From Horticoccus luteus (lineage in GTDB: Bacteria > Verrucomicrobiota > Verrucomicrobiia > Opitutales > Opitutaceae): a stretch of 32,000 nt of DNA. The stretch is taken from positions 2,070,001 through 2,102,000 of the forward strand of contig NZ_CP080507.1 in the NCBI RefSeq assembly GCF_019464535.1, read 5' to 3'. This document shows, piece by piece, positions 9,436 to 17,078 of this stretch (position 1 is the first letter of the stretch; each line of letters begins with the position of its first letter). Under the pieces are notes generated by a model. That model was not told where the DNA came from. It was given only the letters and a program-made list of their open reading frames with translations, and made no database searches. The translations under genes were made by a program, and so were the position numbers.

Positions 9436-11829
9436 ATGCTTTCCGATCTCCGTTACGCGTTGCGCGCGCTTGCCAAATCCCCCGGTTTTGCCGCCGTCGC
9501 CATTCTCACCCTCGCGCTCGGCATCGGCGCGTGCACCGCGATTTTCTCCGTCGTCAACAGCGTGCTGCTGCGGCCGCTCGCCTACGATGAGTCGGACCAG
9601 CTTGTCATCGTCCGCGAGACCGCGCTCCCGCAGTTTCCCGAATTCTCCGTTGCCCCGGGCAACTACTACGCGTGGCTCGCGCAGGCGCAAAGCTTCGAAA
9701 ATCTCGCGGCGTTCCGCAGCGCGCCCTATAACCTCACCGGCCGCGGCGAACCTCAGCGGCTCGCTGCCAAACGCGTCACCGCAAACTACCTCGCCACGCT
9801 GCGCGTCCACCTAGCCCTCGGCCGCGACTTCACCGCCGAGGAGGATGCTCCCGGCGCCAAGGCCGATGTCGCCCTCCTCACGTGGGGCTTGTGGCAGCGG
9901 CTGTTCGGCGGCCGACCCGACGCCCTCGGTGCCACGCTTCAACTCGACGGCACGCCGTTCACCATCATCGGCATCCTCCCGCAGGATTTCCAAGCCGACT
10001 CGAAAACCGAGCTGCTTACGCCGGCGGCGCTTCCCACTGACGAACGCGAGCAGCACGGCGGCCACTACCTCAGCGTGGTCGGCCGGTTGAAACCCGGGAC
10101 CACCGTCGATCAAGCGCGGGCCGATCTCACTCTCATCGCGCACCGGCTCGAACAGCAATTTCCCGACACGAACAAGAACTGGGGCGTCAAACTCGCGCCG
10201 ATGCTCGACTACGCCGTGGCCGACATCCGCCCGGTGCTCTTCGCGCTGCTCGGCGCGGTCGGTTTCCTCCTGCTCATCGCGTGCGCGAATGTCGCCAACC
10301 TTCTCCTCACCCGCGCCACCGCCCGGGCGAAGGAAATTTCCATTCGTGCCGCTCTCGGCGCCGGCCGCGGTCGCATCGTGCGCCAGCTGCTCGTCGAAAG
10401 CATTGTCCTCGCCGCCCTCGGCGCCGCGCTCGGCCTCCTGATCGCGCAGTGGGGGATGAGCGCGCTCCTGGCTTTCGCGCCCGACTCTCTTCCACGCGTG
10501 CACGAGATCGCGCTCGACGGACGCGCCCTCGGCTTTACTTGCGCGCTCGCGCTCCTCACCGGCCTCGGTTTCGGCCTCGTGCCCGCGCTCCAGGCGTCGC
10601 GCGTCAATCTCACCGAAACGCTCAAAGACGCCGGCCGCGGTTCCAGCGAAGGCCGGCACCGTCAGCGCCTCCGCAGTTCACTCGTCGTCGCCGAAGTCGC
10701 CATCGCGCTCGTGTTGCTCGTCGGCGCCGGCCTGCTCATCCGCAGCTTCGCCCGCCTCCAAAACGTCGACCCCGGTTTTCAACCGCACAACGGCTGGACG
10801 ATCAACCTCTCGCTCCCGCCCAAGAAATACGCCACGCCCGCGCAACAAGCTGCATTCGCCCAGCAGGCCGTCGACGCGCTCGCGGCCATTCCCGGCGTGC
10901 AGTCCGTCGGCGCGTCGCACGTCGTGCCGTTCACCGGCAGCGACTACATTCTCAGTTACACGATCGCCGGTCGCCCCGTGGATCCGAACTCCAGCGCGAA
11001 CTACTACGCGACCACGCCCGGCTACTTCAAGGCGATGGGCATTCCGCTCCTGCGCGGACGGTTTTTCAACGCCCACGACGACGCCACCGCGCCGCATGTT
11101 GCGATCATCAACGAATCCTTCGCGAAAAAAATCTTCGCCGGCGAAGACCCTTTGGGTAAGCGCCTCAACATCACCAACGGCCCGGAAACGTGGCGCGAGA
11201 TCGTCGGCATCGTGGGCGACGTGAAGCACTACGGGCTCGACCGCGCCTCGCCGCTGCAGACCTACGAGCCGTTCGCGCAGCAACCGTTGCCGTTTCTCAC
11301 GTTCGTGGTGCGCACGAGCGGCCCCATCCCCGGCCTGCCGGCGGCGATCCGCAACGCGATCTATTCCGTCGACAAGGAACAGCCCGTCGCCCGCATCCGT
11401 GCGCTCGACCAACTACTCGCGGAGTCCGTCGCGCGCCGGCGCTTCACGATGTTTCTCTTCGCCGTCTTCTCCGCTGTCGCGCTCCTGCTCGCGATGATCG
11501 GCATCTACGGCGTGATGGCTTACACCGTCACGCAACGCACCGGTGAGATCGGCATTCGGATGGCGCTCGGCGCGCAGCCGGGCGACGTCCTTCGCCTCGT
11601 CCTCGCGCAAGGAGGCCGGCTCGTCGCGCTCGGCCTCGCCGCCGGTCTTGTCGGCTCGCTGCTGCTGACGCATTTCCTCGCCTCGATGCTCTTCGGCGTG
11701 TCCGCGCACGACCCGCTGACGTTTGCCGTCATCGCCACCACGATCGCCGCGATCGCCGCCCTCGCCTGCTGGATTCCCGCCCGGCGCGCCACTCGCGTAG
11801 ACCCGCTGATCGCTCTCCGCGCGGATTAA
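9436..11829 (+). CDS. ADOP-type duplicated FtsX/MacB-like ABC permease (797 aa)
   Basis: ATG at 9436, only 39 nt after the preceding stop. N-terminus MLSDLRYALRALAKSPGFAAVAILTLALGIGACTAIFSV. Boxes ACANVANLLLTRATARAKEISIRAALGA and RTGEIGIRMALGA. C-terminal [17 protein letters not shown]. Confidence 0.9.
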   Translation: MLSDLRYALRALAKSPGFAAVAILTLALGIGACTAIFSVVNSVLLRPLAYDESDQLVIVRETALPQFPEFSVAPGNYYAWLAQAQSFENLAAFRSAPYNLTGRGEPQRLAAKRVTANYLATLRVHLALGRDFTAEEDAPGAKADVALLTWGLWQRLFGGRPDALGATLQLDGTPFTIIGILPQDFQADSKTELLTPAALPTDEREQHGGHYLSVVGRLKPGTTVDQARADLTLIAHRLEQQFPDTNKNWGVKLAPMLDYAVADIRPVLFALLGAVGFLLLIACANVANLLLTRATARAKEISIRAALGAGRGRIVRQLLVESIVLAALGAALGLLIAQWGMSALLAFAPDSLPRVHEIALDGRALGFTCALALLTGLGFGLVPALQASRVNLTETLKDAGRGSSEGRHRQRLRSSLVVAEVAIALVLLVGAGLLIRSFARLQNVDPGFQPHNGWTINLSLPPKKYATPAQQAAFAQQAVDALAAIPGVQSVGASHVVPFTGSDYILSYTIAGRPVDPNSSANYYATTPGYFKAMGIPLLRGRFFNAHDDATAPHVAIINESFAKKIFAGEDPLGKRLNITNGPETWREIVGIVGDVKHYGLDRASPLQTYEPFAQQPLPFLTFVVRTSGPIPGLPAAIRNAIYSVDKEQPVARIRALDQLLAESVARRRFTMFLFAVFSAVALLLAMIGIYGVMAYTVTQRTGEIGIRMALGAQPGDVLRLVLAQGGRLVALGLAAGLVGSLLLTHFLASMLFGVSAHDPLTFAVIATTIAAIAALACWIPARRATRVDPLIALRAD

Positions 11830-11968
11830 CTCACCGGCCGATTACGACTCGGGCCGGGTATGCGCCGGCCGTGCAAACACGCTCAACCAGCTGCGCCGGT
11901 GCGCACTCGTTCACCCGGCACGTCTGGCCCCGCTCAACCTCCCCCAGCCAGTCGTCGCGCCTGCTGCA

Positions 11969-13084
11969 TTATTTCAACGCGAGATACGGCTCGATCGGCC
12001 GAAAACCCGCGACGGCGCACACGCGGTCCCGCTCGCTTTCGCTGGCAAACAGATACACCGCGTAACCGCCAAAACCGCCGCCGCAATACTTCCACGCGAG
12101 CGGCTGCACGCCATCCGGCAGAATTCCCGCCGGCCCGTCGGCCTCGCCAGGCAATGGCGCCATGCCCTCGGCGCGCTGCACCGCACTCGATTGCCGCACC
12201 GCCGCGGCCAGCAGCGCCAGATCGCTGCGCCACACCGCGTCCCTCGCCGTCGCGCCCGCCCGCGCAATCGCGGCATAGTCGCGCTCGTTCTTGCAGATGC
12301 CCGGCGTGTCGTGCGGAGCGCCCGTCCAATACAGCGCCATCCTCCCGCGAAGAAATTCACCGTTGTGCTTCAACTCGAGCACCGGCCGCGGCCCGCTGCG
12401 CCACACGCACAAGCCGCTTTCCGCGATGATCACCGGGTCCTGCCAACCCACACCGAGATCGAGTTCCGCGTTCACGCCATCGCGGCCATTAAGCAGCGCC
12501 CACGCGCCGCTGCCTCCGAGACCGGCGTTGCGTTCGTAAGGCCAGTCGCGCAACGACACTGTCGGCGAAATCGCGCAATTCACCACAAACGCGCCGTCTC
12601 GCGCGTAACGCGGCACATCCAGCCAGCCGCCGGCGAAGTCCACCCGCAGCGGTGCCGCCTCGGGCGCTCGGATGAAGCGCACAATCTGCGTCGTCGAAAT
12701 CGGCGTGAACTGCGGCGGCGTCTTCGGCAGCACCACGTAACGCGCGCCCACTTCCGCGCACAGCGCTTTCTTCAACGGCGTGTATTTGTCGTCTTCCGTG
12801 ACCGCGAGAATGTCGGGCCGCAGACGCAAAAAATCCGCGCGGAAATCGATCCCTTCTTCCGTGCCCGTGCCGACCACCACATCGTCCACCATGCGCAGCC
12901 CCGCGAGCAACGCCTGCTTGTGTTCGTCCGGCAGCGAGCTGCGCCGGTGCTTGTGCAGCCACAGCACGTCGGTCGACGCGAACGACACCGTGAGGTGGTC
13001 CCCCAACGCGCGTGCCTCGCGGAAAAACTGCAGGTGCCCGGCGTGCACAATGTCGTAACAACCTGAAACAAATACGCGGATCAT
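11969..13084 (-). CDS. Bifunctional TagD-like cytidylyltransferase (N-terminal) / compact GHMP-like sugar kinase (C-terminal)
   Basis: The N-terminal ~135 aa align by eye with glycerol-3-phosphate cytidylyltransferase: RVFVSGCYDIVHAGHLQFFREA carries the HxGH motif and ISTTQIV lies near the domain end. The C-terminal ~235 aa carry GHMP-type motifs: RVDFAGGWLDVP, the NAGLGGSGA glycine loop and KYCGGGFGGY. I place the start at ATG 13084 (MIRVFVSG), where homology begins. The ORF stays open upstream to 13288, with another ATG at 13189, but that stretch is low-complexity. Confidence 0.75.
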   Translation of the reverse strand: MIRVFVSGCYDIVHAGHLQFFREARALGDHLTVSFASTDVLWLHKHRRSSLPDEHKQALLAGLRMVDDVVVGTGTEEGIDFRADFLRLRPDILAVTEDDKYTPLKKALCAEVGARYVVLPKTPPQFTPISTTQIVRFIRAPEAAPLRVDFAGGWLDVPRYARDGAFVVNCAISPTVSLRDWPYERNAGLGGSGAWALLNGRDGVNAELDLGVGWQDPVIIAESGLCVWRSGPRPVLELKHNGEFLRGRMALYWTGAPHDTPGICKNERDYAAIARAGATARDAVWRSDLALLAAAVRQSSAVQRAEGMAPLPGEADGPAGILPDGVQPLAWKYCGGGFGGYAVYLFASESERDRVCAVAGFRPIEPYLALK

Positions 13085-13314
13085 CGCCCGCAGCGCACCG
13101 ACAGAACCCGCCGCCGTCAAACACACTCCGCTCCGCAACTCAGCGCCGGCCACCGCGCCGCCGATCGGCGTCCCGATTCCGGGAATCATTCGTTCCACCG
13201 GCGGAAATTTGCCGCAGCCCCGGCCGGGTCCCGAATATTTTAAGCTTCTGATGCCGAGTAACCTAAAGCTCCGCGCTCGCGCTGGCACGCGCTTTGCAAA
13301 GAGTCACGCGCACG

Positions 13315-13980
13315 ATGATTCAACTCCGCCACATCGATCGCGTTTATCCGCTCAAAGGCGGACCCTTCTACGCGCTGCGCCACATCGACCTTGCGATCAA
13401 TGAGGGCGATTTCCTCTCGATCATGGGCCCGTCCGGATCCGGCAAGTCCACGCTCCTGCACCTCCTCGGCCTCCACGACAACGCTTGGACGGGCGAATAT
13501 CACTTCGACGGCGTGGCCGTGCACGCGCTCGACAAAAAGAAGCGCTTCGAACTCCAAAAAAAGAACATCGGCTTCGTCTTTCAAAGCTACCACCTCCTCG
13601 ACGATCTCACCGTTTACGAGAATCTCGAAATTCCTCTTTCGTATCGCGACATGCCGAAGAAAGAGCGCGAGAGCATCGTGTGCGACGCGCTGGACCGTTT
13701 TCACATCGTCGGCAAACGCGACCTTTATCCCAGCCAGCTCTCGGGCGGTCAGCAGCAACTCGTGGGCATCGCTCGCGCCCTCGTCGCCCGTCCGCGCCTG
13801 ATTCTCGCCGACGAACCCACCGGCAATCTGCACTCCGATCAAGGTCGCGAAATCATGGAGCTCTTCCGCCGCCTCAATCAGGAGGAAGGTGTGACGATCG
13901 TGCAGGTGACGCACTCCAACGAAAACGCCACCTACGGCACGCGCGTCGTGCGGCTCGCCGACGGCGTCATCGTCCCCTGA
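13315..13980 (+). CDS. Stand-alone ABC transporter ATP-binding protein, MacB/LolD family
   Basis: Walker A GPSGSGKST, Q-loop FQS, signature LSGGQQQ, Walker B LILADEPT, H-loop VTHS. ATG at 13315 (MIQLRHIDRVY) is preferred. An in-frame TTG at 13294 is the alternative start. Confidence 0.9.
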   Translation: MIQLRHIDRVYPLKGGPFYALRHIDLAINEGDFLSIMGPSGSGKSTLLHLLGLHDNAWTGEYHFDGVAVHALDKKKRFELQKKNIGFVFQSYHLLDDLTVYENLEIPLSYRDMPKKERESIVCDALDRFHIVGKRDLYPSQLSGGQQQLVGIARALVARPRLILADEPTGNLHSDQGREIMELFRRLNQEEGVTIVQVTHSNENATYGTRVVRLADGVIVP

Positions 13981-14151
13981 ACCTGTGGCCCCGCCCAGCC
14001 AGCTTTGTGTTGTGTGTGTTGTGTCGCTCCTCGCCGTGAAGCCGGTGTGCGGGTCCGCTGAACCGGCGCCCGGCTCCGCGCGCGAGGGCAAATTTTTCCG
14101 ACTCTCCCCGCGTCTTACTTCGCCGGCCGCCGGCACCTTCCTTTCTTTGCA

Positions 14152-15675
14152 ATGTTGACCGCCCGCACCGCGCTTCTCGTTTTCGTCGCCACCTTCACGT
14201 TCGCCGCCGCCTCGCCGGCGCAATCGCCGGCACCCGCCGCGCCCGCCGGTTCCACGCTTACCCTTCAGCAGGCGATCGCGCAGGCATTGCGCCAAAACCG
14301 CACCATCAAGGTCCAGGCCTACGATCCCGCCATCTCGCGCGCCAACGTGCTCACCGCCTACGGCCGCTTCGATCCCGCGCTCACTTTTCGCCGCTCCTAC
14401 AGCGAGGATAACGTCCCGTTCTCCGCCAACCCCGTCGTGAATCAGTTGACGAAAACCGATGACTACAGCCTCACGCTCGACGGCCTCTCGCCCATCGGCA
14501 CGCAATACAGTCTTGGAGCCAGCGCGGAAAACCTGCGCGGCACGTTCAACGGCTTCGCGGATAACTACGTCACGTTCGGCGGACTCACCGTCACGCAACC
14601 CTTGCTGCGCGGCTTTGGATTCGGCGCGAATCTCTACGATCTGCGCGTCGCCCGCGCCGACCGCGGCATCGCCGATTGGACTTTTCGTCAGACCGTCATC
14701 GATACGATCACCAGCGTCATCTACGCCTATAACAACCTCATCAACGCGCAGCAACAGTTGCGCGTCGCCCAGCGCTCCCGCGAACTCGCCGCCCAGCTCG
14801 TGGGCGAGAACGAAAAACGCTTTCAGGTCGGCAGCATGTCCGCGAGCGACGTCACCGAAGCCCGCGCCCGCACCGCCACCCGCGAAGAAGCCGTCATCGT
14901 CGCGGAACAAGGAGTGCGCGATTCCGACAACGCCCTCCGCCGCCTGATCGGCGAAAAAGATTTTCCGCTCAACGGTCCGCTCCTCACGGTCGAGACGCCT
15001 GACGTGCCGGCGATCACCGTCGACCCCGTGGCCGACTATCGCCGCGCCCTCGATCTCCGGCCCGACTACCGGAGTTCCCAACTCGGCGTGGCCAAGCGCG
15101 CCGCGAATCGCAGCTATGCGCGCAACCAACTTCTGCCCCGCGTGGATTTCGTCGGCAGCTACGGCTACAACGGTCTGGATCCCTCCTTCGCCGCGAGCCG
15201 CCATATGGTGGCCGACCGCGATCGCGTTTCCTACTCGGCGGGCGTCGTTGTCAGCGTGCCCCTCACCTTCGCCGACGGCCGCGGCCGCGCCCGCGCCGCC
15301 CGCCTCCAGCTCGCCCAGGCCGAAGCCGACCTCGACCGACTGGAGCAGGACATCGCACTCAACATCGCCCACGCCGCCGCCGACATCGACACCTCCCGCC
15401 GCCGCGTCGCCGCCAATCAGACGGCCTACGATCTCGCGAAACAAGCGCTCGACGCCGAGCTCAAGAAACTGCGCGCCGGCCAAAGCTCGACGTTCTTCGT
15501 GCTGAACCTGCAGGAAGAGTTGTCCTACGTCGAAACCGCTCTCTCCGCCGCCCTCGCCGCGCAACGCCGCGCCGTCGCCGCCTATGATCGCGAGATCGGC
15601 ACCACGCTCGAGCGCTACCACGTCACCCTCACGCCATCCGCCGACCGCCCCGCGACGACCACGTTGGCGCACTAA
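14152..15675 (+). CDS. TolC-family outer membrane efflux protein (OMF)
   Basis: 507 aa. Signal peptide MLTARTALLVFVATFTFAAASPAQS. Typical OEP N-terminal box TLQQAIAQALRQNRTIKV...YDPAISRANV and a second repeat (DYRRALDLRPDYRSSQLGVAKRAA). The alpha-helical, Ala/Leu/Gln/Arg-rich composition is characteristic of TolC. Confidence 0.88.
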   Translation: MLTARTALLVFVATFTFAAASPAQSPAPAAPAGSTLTLQQAIAQALRQNRTIKVQAYDPAISRANVLTAYGRFDPALTFRRSYSEDNVPFSANPVVNQLTKTDDYSLTLDGLSPIGTQYSLGASAENLRGTFNGFADNYVTFGGLTVTQPLLRGFGFGANLYDLRVARADRGIADWTFRQTVIDTITSVIYAYNNLINAQQQLRVAQRSRELAAQLVGENEKRFQVGSMSASDVTEARARTATREEAVIVAEQGVRDSDNALRRLIGEKDFPLNGPLLTVETPDVPAITVDPVADYRRALDLRPDYRSSQLGVAKRAANRSYARNQLLPRVDFVGSYGYNGLDPSFAASRHMVADRDRVSYSAGVVVSVPLTFADGRGRARAARLQLAQAEADLDRLEQDIALNIAHAAADIDTSRRRVAANQTAYDLAKQALDAELKKLRAGQSSTFFVLNLQEELSYVETALSAALAAQRRAVAAYDREIGTTLERYHVTLTPSADRPATTTLAH

Positions 15676-15912
15676 ACGCCCCTCGGTCGCTCCGCGCTCC
15701 GTCCTCGTCGCAGGCTAACGCGCCAGCATTTCGTCTTCCTGCCGCGGTCGACTCGTCGCAGCGGACCGCACTGGCGTTTGGTCGGAAACCTCCGCGCGTT
15801 TACCGTCCGTCACCGATCGGCGCCCCGCACGCGACGCAATGTCCTGTCGTTTCGTGCAACAAATTCGGCTTGGCTCGCGTCAGAAAACCCTCTGGTTCCA
15901 TTCCCACCTCCC

Positions 15913-16386
15913 ATGAAAAAATCCCTGCTTCTCCTCGCCCTCACCGGCGTTTTCACCCTCGCTCCCGCCCTCTCGCTTCCGGCGCAGGAAGCTGTCTCGC
16001 CGCACGCGGAGCGCAAAACGACGCCCCTCGGGAAAGAGATGAAAGAAATGGGCAAGGCCTTCCGCACCCTCGGCCGCCAAATCGACGACGCTTCGAAAAA
16101 CGCCGCCTCGATCAAGCTCGTCGCCACGATGCGCGAAGCTGCGGAAGCCAGCCTGCAGTATAAACCCGAAAAGACCGCTGATCTCCCCGCGGCGGATCAG
16201 GCCAAGTTCGTCGCCGACTTCCAGGCTGGCGTCAAAAATCTCATCGCAGACCTCGACAAACTCACCGCCGCACTCAAGGCCAACGACAACGCCGCCGCCG
16301 CGGCAACCCTCCGCGAAATCAAGGACGACCAGAAAAAAGGCCACAAGGAGTTCAAGAAGGAACACCCCGGTGATCGCCGCGGGTAA
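15913..16386 (+). CDS. Secreted cytochrome b562-family protein
   Basis: ATG at 15913 gives the signal peptide MKKSLLLLALTGVFTLAPALSLPAQE. The mature part aligns by eye along its length with E. coli soluble cytochrome b562. This includes an N-terminal Met region (GKEMKEMGKAFRTL) and a C-terminal His (DDQKKGHKEFKK) at the axial-ligand positions. The upstream part of the listed ORF (15778-15912) has no homology or signal and is ignored. Confidence 0.7.
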   Translation: MKKSLLLLALTGVFTLAPALSLPAQEAVSPHAERKTTPLGKEMKEMGKAFRTLGRQIDDASKNAASIKLVATMREAAEASLQYKPEKTADLPAADQAKFVADFQAGVKNLIADLDKLTAALKANDNAAAAATLREIKDDQKKGHKEFKKEHPGDRRG

Positions 16387-16846
16387 ACGCGTCCGCCGCC
16401 TGGCCGCAGGCGCCGTGATCGTTTTCATCGCGCTCCAGTTTTTCCGCCCCGCGCGCACTCAGTCACCCGCGGAGCCTGGCCCGGATGATTTTGCTCTTCG
16501 GTATGCTGTGCCCGAACCCTTTCGGCGGCAGTTGCAGGAGTCATGTTACGACTGTCATTCGAACCACCCGCGCTACCCGTGGTATGCCAACGTGCAACCC
16601 ATCGGCTGGTGGCTCCAATCCCACGTCAACGACGGCAACGATCACCTCAACCTCTCGGAGTTCGGCCGCTACTCGCCCGACAAACGCGCCGACAAAATCG
16701 ACTCCATGATCGACGAACTCACGTTTCGCACGATGCCGCTGAAAACCTATTCGTGGCTCCACCCCGCGGCCAGACTGACGAAATCTGAATCCGACGCCCT
16801 CGTCGACTGGCTGCAGCACCTGCGCGATTCGATGGACACCGATTAA
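16370..16846 (+). CDS. Membrane-anchored heme-binding-domain protein (CxxCH, Haem_bd-type)
   Basis: GTG start at 16370 overlaps the b562 gene by 17 nt and is preceded by AAGGAA at 16357-16362. N-terminal TM anchor AAGAVIVFIALQFF. c-type heme attachment motif CYDCH followed by the Trp-rich WYANVQPIGWWLQSHVNDGNDHLNLSEF, as in the Pfam Haem_bd domain (PF14376 as I recall). Confidence 0.7.
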   Translation: MIAAGKRVRRLAAGAVIVFIALQFFRPARTQSPAEPGPDDFALRYAVPEPFRRQLQESCYDCHSNHPRYPWYANVQPIGWWLQSHVNDGNDHLNLSEFGRYSPDKRADKIDSMIDELTFRTMPLKTYSWLHPAARLTKSESDALVDWLQHLRDSMDTD

Positions 16847-17078
16847 GCGCCGTGGCGCTCGCCGGGCGCTTTCACCGCGAACGCTCTAGCGTTGGCCGCC
16901 CTCTCTGCCGAGGTGTTTTTCTCGTCCCTCGAGATCCTCATCATTTCTCAGAGCCGTCCATGCCGCAGGCATTTGTGTCCGGGACCGATTTCGAACAGCT
17001 ACTGCTTCCAGACGCATGTTCATATTTCGACCATGCGACCGCGGCGCCACCAGCCGCCTTTACCTGCCCTTCCACTCT

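Noticed and set aside
6730-9810. 1026-aa minus-strand ORF antisense to the fourth ADOP gene
   Set aside because: Same reasoning. It has a G/E/A/R/D-rich composition and no domain-like blocks, and it overlaps a well-supported plus-strand CDS for its whole length.
13240-15672. 810-aa minus-strand ORF antisense to the ATPase and TolC genes
   Set aside because: It spans two independently well-supported plus-strand genes and their spacer. Its composition is that of a shadow ORF, and it has no motifs.
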